From positions 24,366,001-24,430,000 of the forward strand of contig OX597825.1 in NCBI GenBank assembly GCA_951406725.2: a stretch of DNA of 64,000 nt. Direction: 5' to 3'. Every line of letters starts with the position of its first letter. Position 1 is the first letter of the stretch. Source of the stretch: Octopus vulgaris. Its lineage: Eukaryota. Below the pieces are notes generated by a model. The model saw only the letters and a list, made by a program, of their open reading frames with translations. It was not told the origin of the DNA and did no database searches. Position numbers and translations under genes: made by a program. Positions 13,256 to 27,702 of this stretch are shown here, piece by piece.

Positions 13256-14068
13256 TATATATTATGCATGTCTTACATGCTCACACACACACAAACCAAA
13301 TACACACACATACTCACACACACGAAAACAAACACTCACACAAAGACATGCACTGACATGAAAACACACACATACACACACACACATATTTTTATATAGA
13401 ATGTGTTTTTGTGTCTGCATTTGTCACACCCTCTTAACGACTTGACCACCAATATTAGTTCGTTTACATCCTTATGACTTAGCAGTTCAGCAAAAGAGAC
13501 TGATAAAATAAATACTATACTGGGGGTTGCTTTGGTCAATTAAACCCATCAAGACTATGCTCCAGAATGGCCACAGTCTAACGACTGAAACAAACAGAAC
13601 AAAAATATATAAAAAAAAAACAAATGAAAGGCTAAGCTGACCTTGGTAAGATTCGAACAATATATTTTAACAAGTATACTTACAGCGTTGCCAATTATAA
13701 ATGGTAATACGGTTCCTAAGAAGAAACATTATTTTCCTTTTTTATGCTGTTATATTTACACTAGATATCACCTATATATTGGTAAATTTTAAATAAAGAT
13801 ATAACACACAAAAAAAAAATAAAGAAAAATATATGAATGTAACAGAAAATTAATTTTAGATACATATATATTAAATAAAAAAAATACAATAATAAATATA
13901 TAGATAGATATACAAGTTTGGTGTTTGTCGTAATTCTTAATATCATTCTCGACTTTATTGAAAGAGAAAGCAGAAGATGCAATATCATAAATATGCCATG
14001 CGTGTATTTTTTTCTAAAGTAAAATAAAAATAGATATATATATATATATGTGCATAAATATATTATTA

Positions 14069-14130
<62 letters not shown>

Positions 14131-14305
14131 GTTTTTATTATTATCATTATTCATTTAACGTCCATTTGCCATGTTGGCGTGGGTATATATACACACACAC
14201 AGAAGCACAGACACACACACATACATACATATAATATATATTATATATACATATCATATTTATATATATATATCATATTTATATTTATATATATTATATA
14301 TATAT

Positions 14306-14341
<36 letters not shown>

Positions 14342-14356
14342 GACATATACATACAT

Positions 14357-14399
<43 letters not shown>

Positions 14400-14422
14400 C
14401 ATATATATACATATATATATAA

Positions 14423-14519
<97 letters not shown>

Positions 14520-14612
14520 GTGATATATTAATTTCCCCCATCACCTATTGTTCTTGAAGTGAACAAATATTTATATACCCGCAAATATTTATAAAACTAT
14601 ATTTATAGAATC

Positions 14613-14674
14613 TTATAACTCATTTGAAGTGCTTATAACATTATCAAAGGAAACTGATGAAAGCCTCTCCAGAG
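14613..14674 (-). CDS. Candidate terminal exon, xLERLSSVSFDNVISTSNEL*
   Basis: Acceptor tctttaatctttttattcag then phase-1 ORF to TAA; no recognisable homology. Confidence 0.25.
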
Positions 14675-14843
14675 CTGAATAAAAAGATTAAAGATTTCAA
14701 ATTTGTTGTGTAGTAGATGATTTGAGCCATGCTTAATTTACTTATTTATTTTTGTGTTTACTTATTTATATTTATTTTTAATTTTAAGATAAAAACTTCA
14801 TGTGGTATTGTGTTTGCTTTTATATTACTTCCATACATCTTTG

Positions 14844-15071
<228 letters not shown>

Positions 15072-15094
15072 CCCCAGTGTCACACAAATGACAC

Positions 15095-15278
15095 CCATGC
15101 CAGTGGCATGTAAAAGCACCCATTACTCTCTCAGAGTGGTTGGCATTAGGAAGGGCATCCAGCTGTAGAAAACCATGTCAAATCAGACTGGAGTCTGGTG
15201 CAGCCTTCCAGCATGCCAACCCAGTCAAACTATTCAACCCATGCCAGCATGGACCACGGACGTTAAATGATGATGATG
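15095..15278 (+). mobile_element. Retroposon family C
   Basis: gagtggttggcattaggaagggcatccagctgtagaaa..cggacgttaaatgatgatg. Confidence 0.85.
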
Positions 15279-15399
15279 TATGTATGTATGTATGCATGTA
15301 TGTATGTATACAGGTGCACACATGCACAAACACAACCATACACACATATACTCACAGTCACTTGCATACAAAAAGGGGTAAAGACCCCCTTCGGTCACC

Positions 15400-15712
15400 A
15401 GTGACCTTGGGGCTGCATCTAGAAAGTTCCCCTCTCAGGCACAAATCCAGGCAAGGTTGTCTGTGGAAGATCAGCAGTCACCCATGCATACCAGCATCTC
15501 CTCTTCATGCCACCGATGTTATTTAAGGGAAAGGCAAAGGGGCCAATACAGCTTGGCACCAGTGATGCTGCAACTCATTCCTACAACTCAGTGAATTCGA
15601 GCAACATGAAACAAAGTGTCTTGCTTAAGAACACAACACACAACCCAGTACAGGAATCGAACTCACTCCCTCATGATTGTGTGCCTGATGATCTAACCAC
15701 TGAGCCATGCAC
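15400..15712 (-). mobile_element. SINE family D
   Basis: Reverse complement of 51808-52140. Confidence 0.8.
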
Positions 15713-16994
15713 CTTGACGGCAACAATGACAATGTCGACAGCAATGATGACGACGTCAATAGCAATGACGACAACATTGACAATGACCAATTAAAATGAC
15801 GAGGATATCGTTGATGAGAATCCGAGATAAAGATTATTAGCACTGATGAGAAGGTCATTCCAGGAGATTAAATATGTTTATCAGAGATAAGCTTAGCTGC
15901 AACAGATTAGTATGATTTATTGACAAGGCAAGATTACAATCAAAGACTCAGGAATATTACCAAAGACAACAACATACTACTTATCATTCAAATTTAAGTT
16001 TCTAATTACAATAATTAGAGTAATGTGCATCTGTCAGATGCTTAGTAATATTATTATATCTTTTTTCCTTATATGACTGTGTGTTTTTTGTTGTGTCTGT
16101 TGTGTGTTTTTGTGTATTTTTTATATTGTTTTTTTTTTTGATTTTTTAAAATTTTATGTTATATGCCAAGAATGAAAAAATGTTTTTTTCTTGTATGTTT
16201 ATAATTAATGAAAAATTTAAGTTTTCAAAGATTTAAGTATTTAGAGAAATAAATCATGAAGACATGAAGTCATAGAAGAAAAAAAAAATGTATAGGAAAC
16301 TGCATTATTTGATAAGCAGGACACAAACCAAAAATATTTCATTGTCATCATCATTATCCTCATCATCATCGTCGTCGTCGTCGTCATCATCATCATTATC
16401 ATCAACTGGTATTGGAATTGGCTGCAGAGAAATTAGATTTGCTTGTGTGAGAAAATGATAGAAAGTCCAGGCAGCTGTTTGTCTCTATCAAAATGGTGTG
16501 TTGACTTTATGGAGAATATACAATGGAATGAGTTGCTATAGTTGATACTATATGTATCTGTTGTGTGTTGTGGTAGAAATGCATAGGGGCAGTTGTTAAG
16601 AGTGTTGACAAATGAACAAGAAATACCACAAGGGGTAAATGAGAGAGACATTTAACAATGAAATTATTCAATAAATTTATCGAAGTTATCAAATCCTCAC
16701 AGGTAACAAGACTAAAATGTAGGGAATGACTTAACTGTATTTTCTCACCCATTAGTTAACTGAAAGATGGGAGACAAAAGCATATGAATCTGCTGAAACT
16801 AGTAGAAGTGATTTTCTTGGTTTGCTTTGTGAGAGCCAAGATATGTCCTGCCTGAAATACTAACAAAGTTCTGACCTCAACTGGCTTATGGCAAAAAGTG
16901 ACATGTGTGTAGTCTGCAGTGTTCTGGAAATAACTGGCTAGCAAGAGATGAAGCATATCAATCCGTTGTCTGCCTCCAATGCTTTGCAATGATT

Positions 16995-17232
16995 CATCAT
17001 CATCAGCATCATCGTTTAACGTCTGCTTTCCCTGCTAGCATGGGTTGGACGAGTTTCACTGAGGGCTGGCGAACCAGATGGCTGCACCAGGCTCCAATCT
17101 TGATCTGGCAGAGTTTCTACAGCTGGATGCCCTTCCTAACGCCAACCACTCCGGGAGTTTAGTGGGTGCTTTTTACGTGCCACCAGCACGGGGGCCAGTC
17201 AGGCGGTACTGGCAACGACCTCGCTCGAATCT
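16995..17232 (-). mobile_element. Retroposon family C
   Basis: catcgtttaacgtc..ggatgcccttcctaacgccaaccactcc. Confidence 0.87.
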
Positions 17233-17917
17233 TTTTGCCAAAATGCTTAACTTGTGAAAAAAAGGTGCAAATCTCAAGAACGTTTGAGATAATGTTCACA
17301 ACGTGACTTCAAACTGATTGGTCATTATTTAGGTTGTTCACATGAAAATGGTGTGGTTCATACATGACAGAAAACTGCTAATTTCACAGTTGGGGTTCAA
17401 AACCCTACATAACTTTTGTCTCCTTGGCATGAAATGGGACGGCAATAAAAATGGTACTTGTAATGTGCTGTAATTCCTTTAGTGTTTGTAATTTAATGTT
17501 TTCAATCTTTATTGAAATACTCAAAGTGGTGTCCATCCTAATAAAATCTTAGACATTTTGCCCTTGCCCATTCTGAGTCTGGCACTTAACCACCTAAGTC
17601 ACCAGTGTAACGTTTCAAAGGTTACACTATTCTAACCTGCTTCACTGTATGGATCCTCTTTTAACACTTTGTTGGGCCAGAATTTGTGGCACATTTTCTT
17701 GAGGCACGTTTTGGGGTCGATGTAATTGATTATTCCCCTACCCACAAATTTTGGGACTTGTGCCTTTAGTAGGAAGGATTATTTTGAATTTAATCATGCA
17801 TTATCTCATAGCTTTGAGATTTCGAGAAAGTGAGTGTCAATTTTCACAATGACATTGTAGGATAGATGTGAAAGGTCAGATCTGGCAAAGTTGAACATAT
17901 AACAGGTAGAATATCTG

Positions 17918-18150
17918 GGTGGCGAGCTGGCAGAAGCGTTAGTACACTGGGAAAAATGCTTAGTGGTATTTCATCTGACGTTACGTTCTGAGTTCAAATT
18001 CCGCCTAGGTTGACTTTGCCTTTCGTCCTTTCGGGGTCAATTAAATAAGTACCAGTTACACACTGGGGTCGATGTAATTGACTTAATCCCTTTGTCTGTC
18101 TTTGTTTGTCCCCTCTATGTTTAGTCCCTTGTGGGCAATAAAGAAATAAG
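17918..18150 (+). mobile_element. SINE family B with target-site duplication
   Basis: Full body; agaatatctggg repeated on both flanks. Confidence 0.88.
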
Positions 18151-18701
18151 AATATCTGGGCTAGATATGGCCAGTTAGATTGCGAAAGGGTTATGCAGGT
18201 AGGCTGTAGCTTACAGCAATCCCAGTATGTGCACGTGCAAATATTTATGCATGAGAATGCACATGAAAAATATGCATAACAAATGGCAGCATGATATGAG
18301 AAATTTCTTTGTTGTATCAGCAAAGTGGGAGTTCAATAGTAAGGGTTATCGTTAAACTGTGTGCTCGTTCATAACATGATATGGGTAGAATGGCTTTGAT
18401 GAGATATATTTCTGACAAATTCAATGTGGACGCTGACAGTGATAACTGGGATTCTTCAAGATGAGTAATATGTGAAGAAGGATTGTGATGTGTCCATTAG
18501 AGATATGCATAGGTGAGGTAGGTGGTGCAGGAAAAAAAAACTACCTATTTGATGGAAGGAGTTTGGATTGGGATGGCATAAGGTGGGATACAATTTATTG
18601 TCCTGTCAAAAACAGAGCCAAACAAACCTTAGATGTGTATAGATTGTTGAGTAAATAAGCAAAATAGATTCTCAGATATGGCATAAAATATATCGTTAAT
18701 T

Positions 18702-18757
<56 letters not shown>

Positions 18758-18906
18758 TATACATGTGCGTGTGGGTGGGGTGTATACATAGATATATATC
18801 TATATAAATGTACATATACATATATATATATTTTTATACATATACAGGTATATCTATCTATCTGTCTGTCCATCTATCTCTTTCTCTCTCTCTCTCTCTC
18901 TCTCTT

Positions 18907-18954
<48 letters not shown>

Positions 18955-19079
18955 GTTGGTAAGCAAGCTACTTACCACACAGCCACTCCTGTGCTAATAT
19001 GCATATATACATACATATATGTACATACCTACATATATGTATATACCTACATATATATGTATATGTACATGCATATATG

Positions 19080-19500
19080 GGTACAGAGCATCAAAAAACG
19101 TGAAGAATGAGAAATGAAACAGGCAACATCATAAAGAACATGGCTTCATTAAAACAGTACTTACCACAAAGCAAATTAAATAAAATTTTGGATTTTTTGG
19201 CGGACGGTTAAAGTGGTAACAAAAACAGGACTGTAAGAACAAAACAGTATAAACAAATGGTGAGGGCTGTTAAGCCAAGACGATGTGAAGTGGTGAACAC
19301 TGGAAAAACGTGCTTTGAGAAGAGACAGGTAAAAGCATGTCTTGTTTTTAGGAAGGAAGAGGAAGAAAGAAAGATAGATAGCCGTTGGTCACGTGTGAGC
19401 AACAAGAGAGTCAAGGAAGAAGAGTGAGAAAAAGAAAGATAGAAAGGGAACGGTGAAGGGGAGAGGAGAAGAATAGGGAAAGGGTGGGAGAGAAAAACAG
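19080..19500. mobile_element. Microsatellite-associated repeat sharing its terminus (gtacag..tcaaaa) with the 42126 hairpin
   Basis: Terminal similarity to 42126-42198; starts at a TA-rich tract. Confidence 0.45.
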
Positions 19501-19514
19501 AAAGGAAATACGAG

Positions 19515-19665
19515 GAGCTTCTATCAGTTTCTGTTTACCAAATCCACTCAGAAGGCTTTGGTAGGCCTAAGGCTACAGTAGAAGACACTTGCCTAAGGTG
19601 CCATGCAGTAGGACTGAACCCGGAACCATGTAGTTGAGAAACAAGCTTCTTAGCACACAGCCATG
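19515..19665 (-). mobile_element. SINE family A, 5' half
   Basis: Family A motifs in reverse. Confidence 0.82.
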
Positions 19666-19764
19666 ACGTGTTTTGGTCAGTTTGACCAAAATTAGCAAGT
19701 AGGAGATATGCACCCAGTTCCAAACTGATTTGTATGTATATGTATGTGCATATATATATATATA

Positions 19765-20126
19765 TTATATTATATTAAATTAGAGATAAAACCACTATTA
19801 GGCAAATCAAACAATGAAAAACTTAAGCCAATACATAAAATTAATTAACTTATATTATTTTAAATATATCAAAAGTATTAAAAATTTAATAAAAGATAGT
19901 GTTTTACTCATTATCTTTTATTAAATTTTTAATACTTCTGATATATTTAAAATAATATAAATTAATTAATTTTATGTATTGGCTTAAGTTTTTCATTGTT
20001 TGATTTGCCTAATAGTGGTTTTTTATCTCTAATTTAATATAATATAATATTTTACTATAAAATTGGATTCAATCCTAAATCTGATTTTTCCCTGTAAGTT
20101 TGGATTTATTCCCTAATATTTTATTA
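19765..20126 (+). mobile_element. (TA)n-embedded fold-back element, family H2
   Basis: About 135-bp inverted arms (19765-19898 vs about 19912-20050) plus 3' tail; homologous to 57431-57687, 59232-59545 and, more distantly, 50791-51133. Confidence 0.9.
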
Positions 20127-20714
20127 TATATATATATATATATTCATTTCATTTCTTTTCATCTAGTTTCAGCTCAAAAGCTGTGGCCATGCTGGGGCAC
20201 CATATATATATATGTATGTTTGTATATATCTATATATGTATGTATGTATATTACTAGACTTATTGGGATTGATGTGTGCAGCTAAATCCTTCAAAGCAAT
20301 GCCCTAGCATAGCCACAGTCAAACGAGTAAAGCGATTGAAAGTTAGGAGATAAAAGATATATAAAGATAGACAGACAGATAGACGGACAGACCGACAGAC
20401 AGAGTTAGATAGATTCGTAGATAGCCAGACAGTGTGAGTGGGTGTGCGTGTACATGCATATGCATGTTTATGCATATGTGCATGTGCATATGTGTGTGTG
20501 GGTGGCTGGGTAGGTGTGCAGTGTAGATGGACGAATGGATTACAATATACATAGCAGTATAAATAAATATACTTTGAAAGCAAGATTTATCGAGGCTTGT
20601 AATATTTATATAGTCCTGACTATGATAATCACCTACAGCTATTTACATAACAGAATCTGAATTGTAAATGGTAATATATTACATACTATATATATATATA
20701 TACATACACACATG

Positions 20715-20746
<32 letters not shown>

Positions 20747-20943
20747 GGCTGAAACATATAAAAGAATAAAAGAATATATATATGATGTACATACATGCAG
20801 GTATATATACATATAAATATGTATATGTATATGTGTGTGTATATCTATATGTATATATATATATGCATATATACATATGTATATATCTATGCACATATAT
20901 GTATGTATATAAGTATATATATATATATATACACATATATATG

Positions 20944-21054
<111 letters not shown>

Positions 21055-21824
21055 CTATCCTTTCATGAACAAGTATTTGCATTGCGTAGAGTGGTAATCT
21101 CTTTGGCATCGATTCCAGGAATGGATAGAAGCTGATCTACTGCACACATTATGGTATCTTAATCTAATGTAAATCACAAGAAAGGAATAAAGGAGACGAG
21201 CGGAGATGATGGCGGAGGTGGTGACAGCGGTGCTGGTTGAGGCAGTAAGATGGCGGAGGGGGGGGGTGATGGCAGCAGTAGTAAGTGACTGTTGTGAGTG
21301 GGGGAGGGGAACTGGTGGTGATGGTGGTAGTAGTGGTGATACTGGTGATGGTGTTGGTGGTGGGGTAATGGTTTGGCGTGTGGTGGTGGTGGTGGTGATG
21401 GTTTAGTAGTGGTCGTCAACATCTGCAGGAATTAATATAATGTAAGCAACAAACGAGGTACGTTAGTGCAGCACGAGGAAGGTAAATATCTGATGTTTCA
21501 GCTAGTAATTTTTAATTAAAGAAGGGTTCTGTTGATTATAGAATCTACTGATTAACGAATCCGCTGATTAACAGATCTGCTGATAGTGTCAGATATTTGC
21601 TGTTCCCTTATAATTGTAAACTAACATATTGCATGTAACCATTAGTCGTTCGTGGCAACATAAAACAGGAGGGGGGGTTCAGGTGAATTGGCTGAGTACA
21701 TAAAATGCATTGGCATTCAGAAACAAGGTATTCTAGTACTATGTTCTCCGAGTTCTAATCCAACCTAGGTCAACATTGGGTTTATTTTTTTTCTGTTCTG
21801 TTTAATCCTTTACTACCACTACCT

Positions 21825-22042
21825 ATTTCTTTACTGCCCACAAGGGGGACAAACAAGGACAGACAAACAGATTAAGTCGATTATATCGACCCCAGTGTGT
21901 AACTGGTACTTAATTTATCGACCCCGAAAGGATAAAAGGCAAAGTCGACCTCGGCGGAATTCGAACTGAGAACATAACGGCAGATGAATTACCGCTGAGC
22001 ATTTCGCCCGGTGTGCTAACGATTCTGCCAGCTCGCCACCTT
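21825..22042 (-). mobile_element. SINE family B
   Basis: Reverse complement of 6130-6361. Confidence 0.88.
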
Positions 22043-22803
22043 ACTACCACTACCATCACCACCACTGCTGTACCCCGCCCCGGACTGCTCCCCACCACCA
22101 CCACCATTATGCGGTCCAAATATTCTACCTGTTTTATGTTCATACCAGCCATATCAAACCTCTCATACCTACCCTACAATGTCATTCTAAAAATAAACAG
22201 TTGCACCATTGCAATATTAAAGCCTTGAAATAATACAAGATTAATTCAAAACAATATGGATAAATAAGCATTACATTTGACAAAGAAATTTGAATGTTAA
22301 AGGGTTAACTCTTTTGATACTGACTTTTCTGAAACCACAAACAGTTATGTTACAAATTTTGTGTTTTAAAATGATGCCAAGTGAGGTATACTTGGCAGGC
22401 TTTTATGTGACATACAAAGCACTTTGAGAAAAAGTCACTGAAGGTAAACCAACTTGTTTTAATTAGATTTTGTTATCTTAGTTTTATCTTTCAAGAAAAA
22501 AAGAATAAGCAAGGTGGCAGAATTGTTAGCATTCTTGACAAAATGCTCAACAGTATTTCATCTGTCTTTATGTTCTGAGTTCAAATTCTTCTGAGGTTGA
22601 CTTTGCCTTTCCTCCTCTTACAGTCAATAAAATCAAGTACTAGTTGATCAAGTGGGGTTGATGTAATTGAGTTATTCCTTCTGGAAAAATTGCAAGACTT
22701 GTACCTATAATAGAAAACATCATCTTAGCTTTATAATAATATTTTGAAATTTCCTGTAATATTGTACTAATACTCTATATGTCAACTAAAATCCATGTGT
22801 ATA

Positions 22804-23373
22804 TATTGGATTGTCCGGAAAGTTTGTGCCAATTTCTAAAGGAAAGAAAATAGTCAATAAATACTTGCCATTACATTTTTAATCAACCAAATATGAACCA
22901 TTTTGTTGCACAATGCGTCTCCATCTTTCCTTTAATTTGAAAATACCCTCTTCCCATAATTGAGGTGGTTTCATGGCAAAGAATTCATCAAGGTATTTTT
23001 TTATGTCATCCAAGGAATTGAAATTTTTACCATTAAGGCTATTCTGCAGAGACCTGAATAAGTGGAAATCCGAAGGAGCAATATCTGGTGAATATAGAGG
23101 GTGGGGTAACACATCCCAGCCAAGCTGCAGCAATTTTTGTCTGGTTCCCAAAACATCAAGTGCTGAAAATGAACTTTCTTATCTTCCATTTTAAAGGGTT
23201 ACAAAATTAACACAGGTTATAGGAACATAAACCTTCTTCCACGAAAAGATATCTTAAACTGTGCTCTAAATGGAGGTGTAGTCAAATCCTATTTTATGGA
23301 CTCAACCATGTTCTAAAATAAGACGAAAGGTAAGCTACTATAAATCGGCACAAACTTTCTGGACAACCCAATA
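22804..23373 (-). mobile_element. Internally deleted mariner element
   Basis: TIRs ttggattgtccggaaagtttgtgccaattt / aaatcggcacaaactttctggacaacccaa with TA flanks; N-terminus MEDKKVHFQHLM joined to C-terminal HPLYSPDIAPSDFHLFRSLQNSL. Confidence 0.93.
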
Positions 23374-23461
23374 TAATAAACACTCGACATAACAGGATTA
23401 TTAAAGATATTAACTTGTTGACATTCTGAGATTAAAATACATTTGCCATCGCTGAACTAAG

Positions 23462-23700
23462 TTCACCCTTATGATACCAACCTACCTGAAACCTCCCCTG
23501 GTTTTATGATATCAACTTCTTGTTTTAAAGTGATATAAATTAAAGCCTTTCGTCAAGATCTCATGCTACTTTTATGACAAAAGTTATTTCATTAAATTCT
23601 TTGTTATTTTCATAGTTAATTGAAACAAGAGCATTGTATTTCAGTAGAAATATGGCAAAGGCTTGGCATTTCATCAGAAATATGGTAACCAGAGGGTTAA
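23462..23700. mobile_element. TTAA-flanked CCC..GGG MITE, diverged
   Basis: Related to 46873-47101 in the opposite orientation; ends ggtaaccagagggttaa. Confidence 0.6.
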
Positions 23701-24112
23701 GCAATTATAAGTGGATACTTGCTTGGAGAACAAGACCAGGGATGGAATTCCAGAGGGATGAATTTGTAAGGAAGATGAACTAGGTGAATAGTTAGTGCAG
23801 GGTTTGGAGAATTGGGGTGGAAAAAAAAAAAGAGAGATGAGTGAAGCTGAAATACCTGAGTGATGGTGACACCAAATTAGCCAGTTTCAGTGAGCAGAAG
23901 CCACTACAATAGTGATAGAAAAGGGGGGACAACATATTTGGGGAACAAAGGCTGGAGTGAGTCCATGAGGGAGTTTGCTCCAATATTTTAAATGGCTATT
24001 TTCTGGATGCAGTCCCTAATTTGCCTAGCAACAGTACATTCTCAGGTGTGGAGTCACTACTCCACAGTGGGCCATACCAGAGTTTTGTGGAGGCTAAATG
24101 GATGATAATGAC

Positions 24113-24151
<39 letters not shown>

Positions 24152-24193
24152 ATATGTATGTGTATGTGTGTGTGTGTGTATATATATATATAT

Positions 24194-24615
24194 AGGTGCA
24201 GGTGTGGCTGTATGGTAAGTAGCTTGTTTCCCAACCCCATGGTTCAAGGTTCAGTCCCACTGTATGGCACCTTGGGAAGTGTCTTCTGCTATAGCCATGG
24301 GCTGACCAAAGCCTTGTGAGTGGATCTGGTAGACGGAAACTGAAAGAAGCCCGTCATATATATATGTGTCTGTGTGTGTATGTGTGTGTGCATATATATT
24401 TGTGTGTATGTATCTGTGTTTGTCCCCCAGCCATCACTTGACAACCGATGTTGCTGTGTATATGTCCCCATAACTTAGCAGTTTGGCAAAAGAGAACAAT
24501 AGAATAAGTACTAGGCTTACAAAGAATAAGTCTTGGAGTCGATTTCTCAGGCTAAAAACCTTTAAGGTGGTGCTCCAGCATGGCCACAGTCAAGTGACTG
24601 AAACAAGTAAAAGAA
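24194..24615 (+). mobile_element. SINE family A, full length
   Basis: Head, internal (TG/TA) tract and tail all present. Confidence 0.9.
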
Positions 24616-24633
24616 GAATAAAAACGTAAAAGA

Positions 24634-24706
<73 letters not shown>

Positions 24707-24719
24707 ATGTATGTGTATC

Positions 24720-24803
<84 letters not shown>

Positions 24804-24805
24804 TG

Positions 24806-24845
<40 letters not shown>

Positions 24846-25076
24846 GTGTGTGTGTGTGTATGTGTGTGAGTGTATATATATATATATATATATAGACATA
24901 TATACATATACATATATTCCTGTCTTTCTGACTGTATATGATGATTCTACTCTGTATAAGCACAAATGTACATTGTTTATTTGCAAAAGGATGAAACTGT
25001 ATAGCCATACATATCATCATCAACAACAACATCATCATCATCATCATCATCCTCATCATCATCATCATCATCATCA

Positions 25077-25107
<31 letters not shown>

Positions 25108-26026
25108 TATTGCCATTGTTATTATCATCATTTTACATATATACTCATGAATATATACTATAAAAATAAGTTACTTATATATTTACGTCTCCCTACCTTA
25201 GTATATACATAATATATTTATGTCTGTGTGTGTGTGAGGTTCCTCATATATTTAATCTTATCTGTTATTCAGTTTATTTATCTAAAAACACATTTTACTT
25301 CTGCTAAATATTTCAGCATTTTCTGCTGCACTCTTTTTTGTCTTCTTACTTTATAATTCAGTGAAAGATACGTTTCATTTGATGTGCACTTCTTATCTAC
25401 AGCACTTGAGGCATTATACGTAGCCTTAAAACACAAGCTTTTATTGTTACATAGGAAACAGCTGTATACACATACATACAGTTATATCTACTGCATGTCA
25501 TGCTGCCAAAGTCTAAAACACTTCAGTTTATTTCTCCCATTTTATTGGCAACATTGCTTGTTTCAATATCCTGTTAGCGTCTTTTTTTTTCAGTTCTTAA
25601 ATTATTTATTTATTGATTATTTTTTATCAAGACTATCCAGGTAGTTTAATATTCTTAAATTATCTCCATATATCAATATCATGTTGTTTGTTTGTTTGTT
25701 TGCTTGTCTGAGTTTTTTTTCTTTTCATTCTTTAACAGCAACGAAACCTCATAAGACTTTTATGTTGACAGCATAAAAACGTATGTGTTGTCTACTGGAA
25801 TATTAAGGAAATATATGTACTTGAAGCATCAACTGCTTCTACCAATTTCCTGAAAAAAGACTGCTGCTTCATGTTAAATACGGTCCTTGATTTATTAGAG
25901 CTCTACTTTGAAAATCAAGAAGAAAAGATCTTTTATTGAAACTGTATTTATAGGGGCCTTGTTTGCCCCTGTCAGTATGAACCAATAATTTTTTTTCCTC
26001 CCCACCAATATTTTCTTTAAATATTG

Positions 26027-26920
26027 CAGGTGTAGGCATGGCTGTGTGGTTAATAAACTTCCTTTGCAAACATGTGGTTTCAGGTTCAATCCCACTATGC
26101 AGTACCTTGAGCAAGTGTCTTCTATTATAGATTTGAACTGATCAATGTCTTACGGGTGGATTTGGTTGATGTATGCTGTGTGGAAGCTTATTGTATATAT
26201 GTCTGCTTGTGCATGTGTGTTTGTGTGTGTATGTGTGTTTGTGTGTGCTTGTGTGTGTGCTTGTGTGTGTGCTTGTGTGTGTGCTTTGTGTGTGCTTATG
26301 TGTGTGCATGTGCTTGTGTGTTTGTGTGTGTGTATGTGTGTGTATGTGTGTGCACGTGTGAGTATGTACTTGTATGTATGTGTATGCTTGCATGTGTGTG
26401 TGTGCTTGTGTGTGTGTGTGTACTTGCATGTGTGTGTGTGTATGTGTGTACATGTGTGCACACTGTGAGTGTGTACTTGTATGTATGTGTGTGTGTGCTT
26501 GCATGTGTGTATGTGTGTGCTTGCATGTGTGTGTGTTTGTGTGTGTGTGTGCGTGCACATGTATGAGTACTTGTGCATCTGCTTGTGTGTGTGTGTGTGC
26601 TTGTCCTTGTGCATGTGTGTGTGTGCATGTGTGTGAGTGTACTTGTGTATATGCATTTGTGTGTGTGTGTTCATGTGTATGTGTGCTTGTGTATGTGTAT
26701 GCTTGTGCTCATGTGAGCATGCATGTGTGTGTGTGTGTGAGTGTGTGCTTATGCTTGTGTGTGCTTGTATGTGTCATTCTGTGTGTTTGTTGCTCCATCT
26801 TTGCTCAACAACCTATGTTTACATCCCTGTAACTACTTAGCAGTCCAGCAAACAAGACCAATAGAATAAGAGCCAGACATTAAGCGAAATCAGTCCTGGC
26901 ATTGATTTGTTCAACTCAAC
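26027..26920 (+). mobile_element. SINE family A whose internal (GT) tract has expanded to about 600 bp of degenerate satellite
   Basis: Head 26027-26190, gtgtgcttgt-type repeats 26200-26800, tail 26800-26920. Confidence 0.75.
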
Positions 26921-27130
26921 CAGTTGTTTTCAACCATTTCGTCACATAGGGAATCCCTTCGATCCCTATTTTACTAAAGTGGACCCTTACAATCATTAAC
27001 TACTTTAAAAAATTCATATCATATTTTTATAATTAAATATTATAAGAAATTGTAGAGGCATAGGAGTGGCTGTGTGGTAAGAAGCTTGGTTCCCAACCGC
27101 TTGGTTCCAGGTTCAGTTCCACTGCATGGA

Positions 27131-27610
27131 ATCATCATCATCATCATTGTTCGACCGTGGTCGAGACAATGGAATTTACCATGCTACACCAGACTTCACG
27201 GTCCATCATAGCATTACGGAGGTCCTGTAGCTGGATGCCTGTATCCCTGGAGATTACATCAGGGTAGGAGTGTGTGCACCCTCTGGTATTGCGAGTAGAT
27301 GGCTTCCAGAGGAGAAGAGTAGAAATTACCTCGTTTTCAGCTCTACAACAATGTCCAGCAAACTGAACTCTCCTACCTTTCACAAGAGATGATACAGGTG
27401 GTAGTTTCCCATATATTTTTACGTTGGTTGGATGATGCTTCCACGAGAGATTTTGAGCTCTCATAAGGAGGCGAGTGTAGGTTCCATCCGACCGCCTCTT
27501 AAGCTTCTTTGATAATGTACAGGTTTCTGAGCCATATAGTAGAATTGGTTTGACTGTGGCTTTGAAGATTTCAAGTTTGAAGTCTCTACTTAGATTTGAT
27601 GACCAAGAGA
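27131..27610 (-). mobile_element. RTE-like LINE 3' fragment with (GAT)n tail
   Basis: IFKATVKPILLYGSET..RRVQFAGHCCR..AMMDREVW; tail tcatcatcatcat at 27131-27147. Confidence 0.88.
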
Positions 27611-27702
27611 CTGCATGGTACCTTGGGCAAGTGGGACTGAACGTGAAACCATGTGGTTGGTAAGCAAGCTTCTTATCACACAGCCACTCATATATATATA
27701 TA

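Noticed and set aside
14654-14680. CTGATGA aagc..gct GAA hammerhead-like string on the plus strand
   Set aside because: GAAT instead of GAAA, with no stem III or stem I
16440-17460. Possible very old Tc1/mariner remnant interrupted by a family C copy
   Set aside because: No readable transposase motif or TIR pair; too degenerate to call
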